The position numbers and the translations under genes are program-made. The notes under the pieces were generated by a model. The model did not search any database. It was given only the letters and a program-made list of their open reading frames with translations, and was not told the DNA's origin. Shown here one piece after another: positions 8,232 to 17,168 of a stretch of DNA of 27,173 bases (positions are counted from its first letter, which is position 1; each line of letters begins with the position of its first letter). Location of the stretch: positions 104,796 to 131,968 of IMG/VR virus record IMGVR_UViG_3300021399_000116, one strand, 5' to 3'. This DNA comes from a virus (Duplodnaviria; Heunggongvirae; Uroviricota; Caudoviricetes).

Positions 8232-8672
8232 ATGGTGAATAGTATGATTGTAAAGTATACTTTTAATGATAATGATTTCACTCAGATTATAGAAAGATAC
8301 TTAGATGAGTTTGGACCTTTTGGAAGATGGGTCTCTGGAGGAAATGTAGATAGAATAACAGATTTAATGAAGATATATGATAAGCATAATGATAAATATG
8401 AAGAAGAAAAAGAATTATCTAAAGAGGCATTCTTAACTATAAAGAATGAACTTTTAAAAGAATTGTATCGCCATTTTATAGCATATATCAATAGTATACA
8501 AGAAAACAGTGAATGGGAGACAGAAGGATTTAATGCAAGAGGTTTAGTGGATAATAGAGAATACATAATAGATAACATAAAGATTAGCTTAGTTAAAAAC
8601 ATTCCAGACCAATGGGAAAACGGAGAAGTAGTTTATTACGTAGCTAGTTCAATGAAATACATAACAATGTAG
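8232..8672 (+). CDS. Hypothetical protein
   Basis: 146-aa ORF tightly packed in the operon; phage-like codon composition. Confidence 0.65.
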   Translation: MVNSMIVKYTFNDNDFTQIIERYLDEFGPFGRWVSGGNVDRITDLMKIYDKHNDKYEEEKELSKEAFLTIKNELLKELYRHFIAYINSIQENSEWETEGFNARGLVDNREYIIDNIKISLVKNIPDQWENGEVVYYVASSMKYITM

Positions 8673-8685
8673 AAAGGAGAGTATT

Positions 8686-8994
8686 GTGGAAACTTTAGGA
8701 ATAATAAGAAGAATAGATGACTTAGGTAGAATAATAATACCTAAAGATTTAAGAAAAGCATGTGATTTAAAAGAAGGAGATGCTTTGGAGATAATTATAG
8801 ACAAAGATAAAAATATAATTATGAAGAAAAGAGAAGAAGTTGAAGTAAGTTTATTAGATAAGTATAATGACAAATTAGTTGAATTAAAAAATAAAATGGC
8901 AGAAGCTTATATAGAAAAAGATGATGAGCAATTTAGATTATTAGAAGCTCAAAAAGATTTAGTAGAAGAAGTTATAAAAGATTTAAGAAAATAG
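8686..8994 (+). CDS. AbrB/SpoVT-family transcriptional regulator with a C-terminal coiled coil
   Basis: GIIRRIDDLGRIIIPKDLRK...EGDALEI matches the AbrB swapped-hairpin N-domain (GIVRKVDELGRVVIP...DALEI); GTG start with RBS GAAAGGAG. Confidence 0.85.
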   Translation: METLGIIRRIDDLGRIIIPKDLRKACDLKEGDALEIIIDKDKNIIMKKREEVEVSLLDKYNDKLVELKNKMAEAYIEKDDEQFRLLEAQKDLVEEVIKDLRK

Positions 8995-9014
8995 TACTGA
9001 AAGGGTGAAATAAA

Positions 9015-9176
9015 ATGGATAAAGTATATGTATGCTGTTTATGTGGTAAACTTTGTAAAGGGTATGGGAATAATCCTAAACCGTTGTCGAACAATGAAAA
9101 TGATAGATGTTGTGATGAATGCAATGACAAAGTAATAATAGCAAGAATAATGAATTTAGTAAATTCAGAGGACTAG
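9015..9176 (+). CDS. Small Cys-rich putative Zn-binding protein (53 aa)
   Basis: MDKVYVCCLCGKLCKGYGNNPKPLSNNENDRCCDECNDKVIIARIMNLVNSED*; RBS AAGGGTG; below the ORF-track length cutoff. Confidence 0.75.
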   Translation: MDKVYVCCLCGKLCKGYGNNPKPLSNNENDRCCDECNDKVIIARIMNLVNSED

Positions 9177-9218
9177 TAAAATAGTCCTCTTTACATATTA
9201 TCATTAAGAGGTGATAAT

Positions 9219-9545
9219 ATGGAAGAAGTATTAATGATTAAAAATATTTTTGATTTAGCTAGAAAGTATAGTGCAAATAAAGCAACTTTAGATTATAAGA
9301 CTCAGGATAGAAAAGGACAAGACATAGTTATTTATTTAATCTTAGATGATATAGAATTTAATTCTTCAGATGAGCTATATAATTATTTAACTTCTAAATA
9401 TAAAAGTCTCGGTGATTATTCTAGTGCTTCTGAATTTAAAGAAATACCTATTAAAATAGAAGATATTAATAAAAATGAGTCTTTGATTAAATTTAATTTA
9501 GAACACATGGAGTTTGAGATGAAAGTGAAGAAGGAGCTAATATGA
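9219..9545 (+). CDS. Hypothetical protein
   Basis: RBS AAGAGGTG; ATGA overlap with the next gene. Confidence 0.6.
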   Translation: MEEVLMIKNIFDLARKYSANKATLDYKTQDRKGQDIVIYLILDDIEFNSSDELYNYLTSKYKSLGDYSSASEFKEIPIKIEDINKNESLIKFNLEHMEFEMKVKKELI

Positions 9546-9796
9546 AGAAATATAAAGTTTATTTAGATGCATTAAAATGTAATAGAATGTATAGTTCTTT
9601 TATTAAAAATTGTGATTTAGGGATAGAAGAATTTGGTGTTCCTATCTCTATTTCATTTACTATAGAACAAGAACCTACAAAAGAAATAATAGATAAAATA
9701 ATAGAGGTTCATAACAGTACTAAAGAACATAAAGAATTTGAATGGTATTTTAGTCAAGTTAAACTTAATAGAATAGAGTTAATTAGTGAGGAATAA
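9542..9796 (+). CDS. Hypothetical protein
   Basis: RBS AAGGAG; translationally coupled to the previous gene. Confidence 0.6.
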   Translation: MKKYKVYLDALKCNRMYSSFIKNCDLGIEEFGVPISISFTIEQEPTKEIIDKIIEVHNSTKEHKEFEWYFSQVKLNRIELISEE

Positions 9797-9799
9797 TTT

Positions 9800-10063
9800 A
9801 TGCAGAAATTAATTGATATTACAGGTAATAAATATCATCATTTAACAGTTTTAGGTCTTGACCATATAGGATATAGAAAAAATGGTAAAAGTAGAAGCTA
9901 TTGGAAATGTAAATGTGATTGTGGGAATATAAAAATATTAAGAAAAGACGAATTTATTTATCCATATAGTAAAACTAAGTCATGTGGCTGCTGGCATATA
10001 GAAGAAAGCAGTAAAAGACCTAGAGATAAAGAAACAGGAAAGTATATATTAATACAGAGGTGA
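9800..10063 (+). CDS. Stand-alone N-terminal Zn/DNA-binding module of AP2/HNH-type phage endonucleases
   Basis: DITGNKYHHLTV...YWKCKCDCGN...KSCGC pattern; no nuclease domain follows. Confidence 0.65.
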   Translation: MQKLIDITGNKYHHLTVLGLDHIGYRKNGKSRSYWKCKCDCGNIKILRKDEFIYPYSKTKSCGCWHIEESSKRPRDKETGKYILIQR

Positions 10064-10068
10064 TATTT

Positions 10069-10356
10069 ATGAATGAAGAAATAGTACATAGAGAATTAGC
10101 TAGAAGATTAGCTGTAAGAAGTATTGAAGATTATAGACAAAGATTTTTATTAGAAGAGGATTTATTAAGTGGAGTAGATAGACAGAAGATTTTAGATGAG
10201 ATTGATGATATTAAAGAAAATGTAAAACTAGATGACAGAAGAAAATTATTAGCCGAAAGAGATATGTATAAGAAATTAGTTGAAGAACTTGAGAAGAAAT
10301 TGACTCTGTATCATTTAGCAGATGATAGAGATTGTGATGAAGAGTTTGAAATATAA
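10069..10356 (+). CDS. Hypothetical coiled-coil protein
   Basis: RBS GAGGTG favours ATG 10069 over GTG 10060. Confidence 0.6.
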   Translation: MNEEIVHRELARRLAVRSIEDYRQRFLLEEDLLSGVDRQKILDEIDDIKENVKLDDRRKLLAERDMYKKLVEELEKKLTLYHLADDRDCDEEFEI

Positions 10357-10366
10357 GGAGACAGAA

Positions 10367-10636
10367 ATGAATATTAAAGAAAAATTAAATTTATTAGCAA
10401 TAGCAAAGAACAAATTTGAAATTAAAGATGTTGTAAAAAATGATGGTACTCAAACTTATGAAGTATTACACTTGCAAGCAGATTTAGCAGCTTGTATAAC
10501 AGTAATTAATCAGGGAAGTAATATAAGTGTAAGTTATTTTAGAACTGATTGCTATAATAGTGGAACAGAGTAGTTGTATATAGATACTGTAGCTCTAGAA
10601 GAGTTAAAGACTTTCTGTGAATTTTTAATGAAATAG
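10367..10636 (+). CDS. Hypothetical protein with an internal TAG at 10571-10573 (truncated at 68 aa or ~89 aa if read through)
   Basis: RBS AAGGAG then ATG 10367; after the TAG the frame continues LYIDTVALEELKTFCEFLMK* to 10636, abutting the next RBS. Confidence 0.5.
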
Positions 10637-10647
10637 AGGTGAATAAA

Positions 10648-10941
10648 ATGATATTAAATAAAACAGTTATAATATTTAGAGGAGATACTGTAATATCTCC
10701 AGCAGTAGGATTAAAGACTGGTAATGGTAAGATAATGCTAGATGAATTAGAAAAACCAGTGAAAATAGGTTCTAGAATAGATTTAAGAGGAGAAGATTTA
10801 CCTCATCCTGTAGAATTAATCTTTGAAAAGAAAGAGTCCGTAGATGCTTTAATTAAACAATTGAAAGTTGTAAAGAAAGATATGATAAAGTTTGAAAAAG
10901 GAGAGTTGAAAGATGAGCAAAGTAAGCAAGAAAGTAAATGA
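10648..10941 (+). CDS. Hypothetical protein
   Basis: RBS GAGGTG favours ATG 10648. Confidence 0.6.
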   Translation: MILNKTVIIFRGDTVISPAVGLKTGNGKIMLDELEKPVKIGSRIDLRGEDLPHPVELIFEKKESVDALIKQLKVVKKDMIKFEKGELKDEQSKQESK

Positions 10942-11143
10942 AATTAAAGAAAAACTAGATAGTATTAGTGGATTAGATGATGATTATGTATACAGCTGGA
11001 TAGAGTCTATAGATAAAATAGTTACTCCTATAGTAGATATCTGTAGTACCTGGTCTGAGGAAGAAGATGAAAAAGGAACTATTTTCTACAAGAAGAGAGT
11101 AGAAAGTCCGCTAAAAGAACTATTTAATAAGAATGAAGATTAA
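10913..11143 (+). CDS. Hypothetical protein
   Basis: RBS AAAGGAG; last gene before the hairpin. Confidence 0.6.
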   Translation: MSKVSKKVNEIKEKLDSISGLDDDYVYSWIESIDKIVTPIVDICSTWSEEEDEKGTIFYKKRVESPLKELFNKNED

Positions 11144-11170
11144 AAGTATACAAATGTATACTTTATTTTT
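11143..11170 (+). terminator. Intrinsic terminator
   Basis: AAAGTATACA/TGTATACTTT inverted repeat followed by a T-run. Confidence 0.75.
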
Positions 11171-11184
11171 TATCAAATTTATAG

Positions 11185-11213
11185 TTTACAAATTTGAAAT
11201 ATTATGATATAAT
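11185..11213 (+). promoter_or_regulatory. sigmaA-type early promoter with extended -10
   Basis: TTTACA-17 nt-TATAAT with TG 5' of the -10; upstream of the helicase. Confidence 0.85.
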
Positions 11214-11240
11214 ATTAATTATAGATTAGAGAAAAAGGAG

Positions 11241-13337
11241 ATGGGATTATTGATAGATAAAGAAGAATTACAGAAGCATAGGGATAAAATATTTAATGAT
11301 ATTTTAGAAATGCTAGAAACAAATCAAAGAGTAGGATGTGTACAGCCAACTGGTGTGGGTAAATCTTATTGTATTGCTAGACTTTGTAACAAGTTGAAAG
11401 GAAAGAAATTAGTTTTAGAACCGGGAAATGAGGTAATAAACTATATGCAGAAGTTTAACATTGAAACTCCTGACACAGACTATATTACATACTATAGTTT
11501 ATTAAAACCATCAGCTACAGATTTAGCTAATATGTTTAAAGAGTATGATTATATATTTTTAGATGAAATGCACAGAGCATTAGCAGACAAATGGGGTAAA
11601 CAGTTAGATAAAACATTCGCTATATTGGATGTGTTAGAAGCAAAGTATAAAATTTTAGGTTTTAGTGCTACTCCTACTAGAATGGATAATAGAGATGCAG
11701 TGGAGGAGATATTTAACGGAGTTCAGATAGAACCGTATTATTTACAAGATGCTATATTAGATGGAATACTTCCTAATATAGAGTATCATTCTAGTATATA
11801 TGAGATTACAGACAAAGACAAAAATAGAATAAAATTAAAAGACACTCCATTAGCTAAACAGATACTTAGTTATGACATAGATGAAGGAGTTTCAAAAATA
11901 TTTCAAGAAAATCTAGATTTATCTCAACCTCATCATATAATAGTATTTGTGGATAGAATTGTAAATATACCTGAAGCTATAGACAATATGAAGAAATGGC
12001 TAAAAGTAGATTTTAGTATCTACAAAGCTCATAGTAAAATGTCATATAAAGAAAGTAAAGAAGCTATAGAAAATTTTCAAAAAGACAAAGGTTTATCTTT
12101 AATGTTTGCTGTAGATATTTTAAATGAGGGAGTTCACTTAGATAAAGTTGATACTTCAGTATTTTTAAGAAAAACTTCTAGTACTAGGGTATATAATCAA
12201 CAACTAGGAAGAGTAATTTCTGATACAATAGAAAACCCTAAAGTATTTGATTTAGTAAATAATATAGATAATTTAGACGCTGGGTATGCTTTTATATTTA
12301 AAGAGAAAGCTGATAAACTAAATATTAAAACAGAACAACTAGTTACTAAAAGTGGAGAATATCTAAAAATTACTACTCATCAAGAAGATTTAATAAAAAA
12401 GTTAAAAATGTGTAATAGAAAGTTGAGTGATGGTGAAAAACAATTTATAAAAGATAATTATAAAAATATGACTAATAAAGAAATAGCAACTTATCTTAAT
12501 AGAAGTGAAGCTACTATAATTAAATTTAAGTCAGACTCTGGTTTAACTTGCCCACGTAAATTATTATCTGAGAGAGAAAAACAGTTTATAAAAGATAACT
12601 GTAATTATATGAGTGTTACTGAGATGAGTAAAATTTTAAATAGAGATAGAAATGTATTATATAGATATATTTCTAAAGAAGGATTGAATTGTCTTAAACT
12701 TAAACAACACACCAAAATATCTGAGGAAAAGATACAATACATAAAAGATAATTCCTATAAAATGACTGCAAAACAGTTGTCAGAGAATACTGGTATTAAT
12801 ATATACACGATAACAAAAATATTAAATAGATATAACTTAAAATATCTTAAAAAGAGTAATATATTTACTGATGAAGAAGATATGCAATTGAAAAATTATA
12901 TTGAATCTGGCTTAAAAAGTAAAGATATAGCAATTAAAATGGATAGAGATAGAGGAGTTATTCTTCAGCATGCTTATATAAAAGGGTACACATGGCCGGG
13001 AAAAAGAAGAGTTTTGTATGAATGGAAAGAATTTATAGATAAAAATGCTCATAATATGACTGTAAATGAAATGTGTAAACATACTGGCATAAAAGAGCCT
13101 ACTCTTAGGTCTTATTATTCTAAAAATAATATATCATATAAAAAATTAAATGGTGGAGCTGGTAAAAAAGAAAAAAGACTGAGTAAACAGCAGAAACAGT
13201 GGATAAAAAATAATTCTTATAACAATACATGTAGAGCTATGTCAGATATTTTAGAAATACCTATAATGACCATTTATAATTACTGTAAAAGACATAATTT
13301 GCCTTTTATAAGAGAAAGATTTTCAAAATATCAATAA
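11241..13337 (+). CDS. Superfamily 2 (DExH, ResIII/UvsW-like) helicase fused to six C-terminal HTH-like repeats
   Basis: QPTGVGKS (motif I), DEMH (II), SAT (III), DILNEGV (V), QQLGR (VI); C-terminal ~48-aa repeats of type LSxxEKQFIKDN..MT.KEI...L.R. Confidence 0.85.
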   Translation: MGLLIDKEELQKHRDKIFNDILEMLETNQRVGCVQPTGVGKSYCIARLCNKLKGKKLVLEPGNEVINYMQKFNIETPDTDYITYYSLLKPSATDLANMFKEYDYIFLDEMHRALADKWGKQLDKTFAILDVLEAKYKILGFSATPTRMDNRDAVEEIFNGVQIEPYYLQDAILDGILPNIEYHSSIYEITDKDKNRIKLKDTPLAKQILSYDIDEGVSKIFQENLDLSQPHHIIVFVDRIVNIPEAIDNMKKWLKVDFSIYKAHSKMSYKESKEAIENFQKDKGLSLMFAVDILNEGVHLDKVDTSVFLRKTSSTRVYNQQLGRVISDTIENPKVFDLVNNIDNLDAGYAFIFKEKADKLNIKTEQLVTKSGEYLKITTHQEDLIKKLKMCNRKLSDGEKQFIKDNYKNMTNKEIATYLNRSEATIIKFKSDSGLTCPRKLLSEREKQFIKDNCNYMSVTEMSKILNRDRNVLYRYISKEGLNCLKLKQHTKISEEKIQYIKDNSYKMTAKQLSENTGINIYTITKILNRYNLKYLKKSNIFTDEEDMQLKNYIESGLKSKDIAIKMDRDRGVILQHAYIKGYTWPGKRRVLYEWKEFIDKNAHNMTVNEMCKHTGIKEPTLRSYYSKNNISYKKLNGGAGKKEKRLSKQQKQWIKNNSYNNTCRAMSDILEIPIMTIYNYCKRHNLPFIRERFSKYQ

Positions 13338-13345
13338 TAAAAATT

Positions 13346-13381
13346 CTCCTAGTAACATATTATTACTAGGAGTTTTATTTT
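13346..13381 (+). terminator. Intrinsic terminator hairpin
   Basis: CTCCTAGTAA (13346-55) / TTACTAGGAG (13363-72) followed by a T-run. Confidence 0.75.
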
Positions 13382-13398
13382 GTAAGGAGGAAAGAAAA

Positions 13399-14760
13399 TT
13401 GGCGCAGTTAGATGTCTTAAGAAAAAAGTGTGAAATGTTAGGTTTAGAACCTGAAAAAACTCGTAATAGAGTAAATAAAGAAACTGGAGAAAGATATAGA
13501 GAAAGTACAATTGATAGTTGTAAAACAGCTCTTCAACAGTATTATATTAAAAAATATAGGGAGGAAGGTACTTTAAATCCATTCGTAGAGAGAATATTAC
13601 AATTTCCACCTATGTTAGCAGCTCAAATGAAAACTTTAAAAGAAAAAGAAATTCCCATTCTTTGGGAAGAAGACAATGATTGGATAGCTACAGAGAAAAT
13701 AGACGGAAATAGAATGAGATATTGTTATAATAAAGATTACGGAGTAGAATATTTTTCTAGAAATTTATCTGAAGGACAAGATGGAGATTATTTACCGATT
13801 AGATATTCTAATAAGTTAACTATTCCTAGGCCAGAAATGGAGGCTCTTAATGCAATGGGAATTTTTGACTTTATTATAGATGCAGAATTAGTACCATATT
13901 TTGATACTATAAGAAGTTTCCCTAATAGAAAGAAAATAAATGGAGTTTGGACAGATGTGATGGAAGTTCCTATAGCAGATACTCAATTAAACTTCACTAC
14001 TTCAGTTTTAGGAGCTTTAGATGATTTATCTCATAGAATGCAAGAGACTAATCCCATGAAATTAATGGCATTTGATTTGATTTCATTTAATGGAGAAGAT
14101 TTAACTAAGCTCCCACTAAAAGATAGATTGAATAAGCTTAAAGCTTTATTAACTATACTTAAGAACTATGGAGTAGGAGATAGAATACAACTAGTAAAAG
14201 GGACTACTACAGAAAAAGTGAAATTTTATCAAGATATAGTAAGTAGAGGTGGAGAAGGTTGTGTTTTGAAGGATTTAAGGGCTCCGTATATGTCTGGAAA
14301 GAGAGATAAAGTGTGGGTAAAAGCTAAACGTTCTGTATCAGGTTCTTTCTTAGAAGAAAAAGCTGGAGATACTATAGATGCTTTTGTAATAGGTTATAAA
14401 AGAGGTAATGAAGGAACCAACATTGAAAATTATGTTGGAGCTTTGGACTTTGGAATTTATCTTTTAGATGATGAAGGAAATTACATTATGGATGATATGG
14501 GAATAACTCCTTTAGTACATCATATAGCCACTATTTCTGGATTAACTTTAGAAGAAAGAGAAGAAATGACAGAAATAGGGCTAGATAAATTACCAAGATT
14601 AAAGAAAGAATGGTATAATAGAGTAGCAGAAATAGACGGTCAAGATGTAAGTTCTAAAAACTTAAGATTATCTCATGCTTTATTAAAAAGATGGAGAATA
14701 GATAAGAATGCATCAGACTGTGATATTAAGAAAAGTACTCTTGAGAGTTTAATATTATAA
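13399..14760 (+). CDS. lig: ATP-dependent DNA ligase
   Basis: Motif I ATEKIDGNR, IIDAEL (III), LMAFDL (IIIa), EGCVLK (IV), WVKAK (V), OB-fold tail; TTG start with RBS AAGGAGG. Confidence 0.9.
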   Translation: MAQLDVLRKKCEMLGLEPEKTRNRVNKETGERYRESTIDSCKTALQQYYIKKYREEGTLNPFVERILQFPPMLAAQMKTLKEKEIPILWEEDNDWIATEKIDGNRMRYCYNKDYGVEYFSRNLSEGQDGDYLPIRYSNKLTIPRPEMEALNAMGIFDFIIDAELVPYFDTIRSFPNRKKINGVWTDVMEVPIADTQLNFTTSVLGALDDLSHRMQETNPMKLMAFDLISFNGEDLTKLPLKDRLNKLKALLTILKNYGVGDRIQLVKGTTTEKVKFYQDIVSRGGEGCVLKDLRAPYMSGKRDKVWVKAKRSVSGSFLEEKAGDTIDAFVIGYKRGNEGTNIENYVGALDFGIYLLDDEGNYIMDDMGITPLVHHIATISGLTLEEREEMTEIGLDKLPRLKKEWYNRVAEIDGQDVSSKNLRLSHALLKRWRIDKNASDCDIKKSTLESLIL

Positions 14761-14789
14761 AATATAAATTATAACAGGAGGAGATTAAA

Positions 14790-15311
14790 ATGATATATTA
14801 TACATCAGATTCACATCTAGGCCATAAAAATATTATTAAATATGAGAATAGGCCTTTCGCAGACGTAGAAGAAATGAATGAAAAATTGATAGAAAATTGG
14901 AACTCAGTAGTAAAACCTGAAGATACAGTTTATCATCTAGGAGATTTTGCATTTAAGGGTGCAGATATGAATTTAGATAGAATAGTAGAAATCTATAATA
15001 GACTTAATGGAGATAAGTATATGATAGTTGGAAATCATGATGTTCCTTATATAGATAAAATTGCAGATAAATTACAGCATAAGCCTCAATTACTTACTGA
15101 GATAAAAGATGGAGATGACTATGTAGTTTTATGTCACTACCCCATAGAAGATTGGGATTGTAAACATCATGGAGCTATACATGTGCATGGTCATATACAT
15201 GGAAGAGATATAATATCTCATATTCCTAACAGATTTAATGCTGGTGTAGATGTAAATGATTATAAACCAGTTACTCTAGAAGAATTAAAGAAAGGAGCTT
15301 CTGCAATATGA
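14790..15311 (+). CDS. Calcineurin-like metallophosphoesterase
   Basis: SDSHLGH, HLGDF, GNHD, LCHYP, HGHIH motifs. Confidence 0.9.
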   Translation: MIYYTSDSHLGHKNIIKYENRPFADVEEMNEKLIENWNSVVKPEDTVYHLGDFAFKGADMNLDRIVEIYNRLNGDKYMIVGNHDVPYIDKIADKLQHKPQLLTEIKDGDDYVVLCHYPIEDWDCKHHGAIHVHGHIHGRDIISHIPNRFNAGVDVNDYKPVTLEELKKGASAI

Positions 15312-15853
15312 GACTTTATGAAGCTATAGAGGAAAATTCTAAGTTAGACAGTTTACATAAAATACTACATGGACTATTTATAGAGTATGATAATGCAATA
15401 ATAGATTATCAAAACTATTTTAAGTATTATTCTAAAAATTCTTCAGAAGATATAAATAACATAATAGATACTGTAGACAATAAAGAAGAAGTTAAAGATA
15501 AACTTAAAAATATTATTTCAGTGTTAAATAAAATGCAAACTATTTTTGAAAAAGTAGGTTATACATCTAACACTTCTAGTCCAGAAGATGTGAATGAAGA
15601 TAATTTTAGTAATCAGTTAGATAATTTTTCTGGACAATGTTTGGCACTTGATTCAGACTTTACTAGAGAAAGTTTCACAGCATTCTTTAATCAATTATCT
15701 TATATGACTACACTTACAGAGTTACATTATAATAATCTTTTTGGAGAATTAAAAGAAAATATTGTAGTTTCTGAAAATGCAGAAGATGCTTTAGAAGAGA
15801 CAGAGGAATATTTAGAAGGACTTCCTGAAATTAAGACTAATGAAGTAAAATAA
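15308..15853 (+). CDS. Hypothetical acidic protein
   Basis: ATGA overlap with the phosphoesterase; RBS GAAAGGAG. Confidence 0.6.
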   Translation: MRLYEAIEENSKLDSLHKILHGLFIEYDNAIIDYQNYFKYYSKNSSEDINNIIDTVDNKEEVKDKLKNIISVLNKMQTIFEKVGYTSNTSSPEDVNEDNFSNQLDNFSGQCLALDSDFTRESFTAFFNQLSYMTTLTELHYNNLFGELKENIVVSENAEDALEETEEYLEGLPEIKTNEVK

Positions 15854-15879
15854 ACATAATATTACTAAGAGGTGTAGTT

Positions 15880-16419
15880 ATGACTGACAGGGAAGAAGTT
15901 ATTAAGTTTATGTCTAAAATTAAAGGAAGAACTCCAATATTATTGATAGGAAAATCTGCTAGAATTTTTAGAAATATTTATTCTGGTAGAATTTATAACT
16001 TGAAAAATGAAGATGACATGCAAGACATATATAATATGAATATTAGTAAAATTACTAAAGCGGTAGTACTAGACGATTTATCTCAATTGTATAATGATGA
16101 AAATTTGTTGAAACTAATAGAAGAAAGTACTTTACAATTAATTTTATTAGCTAGTAAAGATAATTTATCTGAAGTTTTAATGAGTAGATGTAAGTCTATT
16201 TTAAAATTACCAGAGTTAGCCATAGAAAAGTGTAAATATATAAAAGAAAATTCAGCTCTTTCTAGTGTAAATAGTATGACTAATTTAGAAGAAGCTGAAG
16301 TTTTTATTTGTAATAACTGTCCTCAATTATTATATGACAGAAATAGAACTAAACAGTTTAAGTATAGAGATAGAATAGTAAATATTTTAGCAAATATAAA
16401 TAGTAAAGAGGTAGAATAA
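15880..16419 (+). CDS. Degenerate AAA+ clamp-loader subunit (DNA Pol III delta'-like)
   Basis: VVLDDL...LLKLIEE...LILLAS..NLSEVLMSRC resembles the delta'/RFC core with its SRC motif; Walker A region degenerate (LLIGKSARIF). Confidence 0.6.
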   Translation: MTDREEVIKFMSKIKGRTPILLIGKSARIFRNIYSGRIYNLKNEDDMQDIYNMNISKITKAVVLDDLSQLYNDENLLKLIEESTLQLILLASKDNLSEVLMSRCKSILKLPELAIEKCKYIKENSALSSVNSMTNLEEAEVFICNNCPQLLYDRNRTKQFKYRDRIVNILANINSKEVE

Positions 16420-16420
16420 T

Positions 16421-17146
16421 ATGTCAACTAGTTCAGCATACAAATTTACAAAAATAGATATAGTAAATCATAGCGTGAAAATAGAAAAGTCTGAATTACT
16501 TAGATTTTTCTATCCAGATTTTAGGGTTGTAGAAAATAATCAAATGATAATTACTGGGCCAGTAATTTATAGAGGAAAAGTAGATTACTTAAATAGAATA
16601 AAAGACTTTGGATTTCCAGTAATTTCTGTAACTACTTTAGGAGAGTTTGATTTATCCTCTAATAGAACTTTAGTAGATTTAACTTTTTCTAAGTGGGAAC
16701 AAGAACCTCCTAAGAGATTAGTTAAATACATAGATACTTTAGACTATGAAGAATTATTGCAAGCAGTGAAAATACACTGGCTAACTGGAAAATGGACTAT
16801 AAAGAAATATAGTAAAAATGGTTCTTTTATAAAACTAGCAGAAGCTTTTGGAGAAGGTAGTACTCAAGTGCTAGACACTTATATGAATTTGTTAGATAAT
16901 AAAACTACTTCTGGAGCATACATAGAAAAATCATTATTTAGTTTTCTAGAAAAAATTGCAGCAGAAGATAAATCTGGAAGCTACTGGTATACTAAAATTA
17001 TGAGAAGATATTCTAGAGGAAAAAGATATCTTTTAGTGCAAGCAGTGGATAAATATCTAAGGGTAAATATAAATAACAAAGACCTAAAAGTGTTTAATTT
17101 GTTACAGGATTTATGCGTGAAAGACAAAACTTGGACCTCAGAATGA
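16421..17146 (+). CDS. Hypothetical protein, possibly the delta-like partner of the clamp loader
   Basis: Coupled to the delta'-like gene; helical C-terminal half; no diagnostic motif recognised. Confidence 0.4.
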   Translation: MSTSSAYKFTKIDIVNHSVKIEKSELLRFFYPDFRVVENNQMIITGPVIYRGKVDYLNRIKDFGFPVISVTTLGEFDLSSNRTLVDLTFSKWEQEPPKRLVKYIDTLDYEELLQAVKIHWLTGKWTIKKYSKNGSFIKLAEAFGEGSTQVLDTYMNLLDNKTTSGAYIEKSLFSFLEKIAAEDKSGSYWYTKIMRRYSRGKRYLLVQAVDKYLRVNINNKDLKVFNLLQDLCVKDKTWTSE

Positions 17147-17168
17147 TTTCTGAGGCATTTTTATTTTT
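17136..17168 (+). terminator. Intrinsic terminator overlapping the stop codon
   Basis: CCTCAGAA-TGAT-TTCTGAGG followed by CATTTTTATTTTT. Confidence 0.75.
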
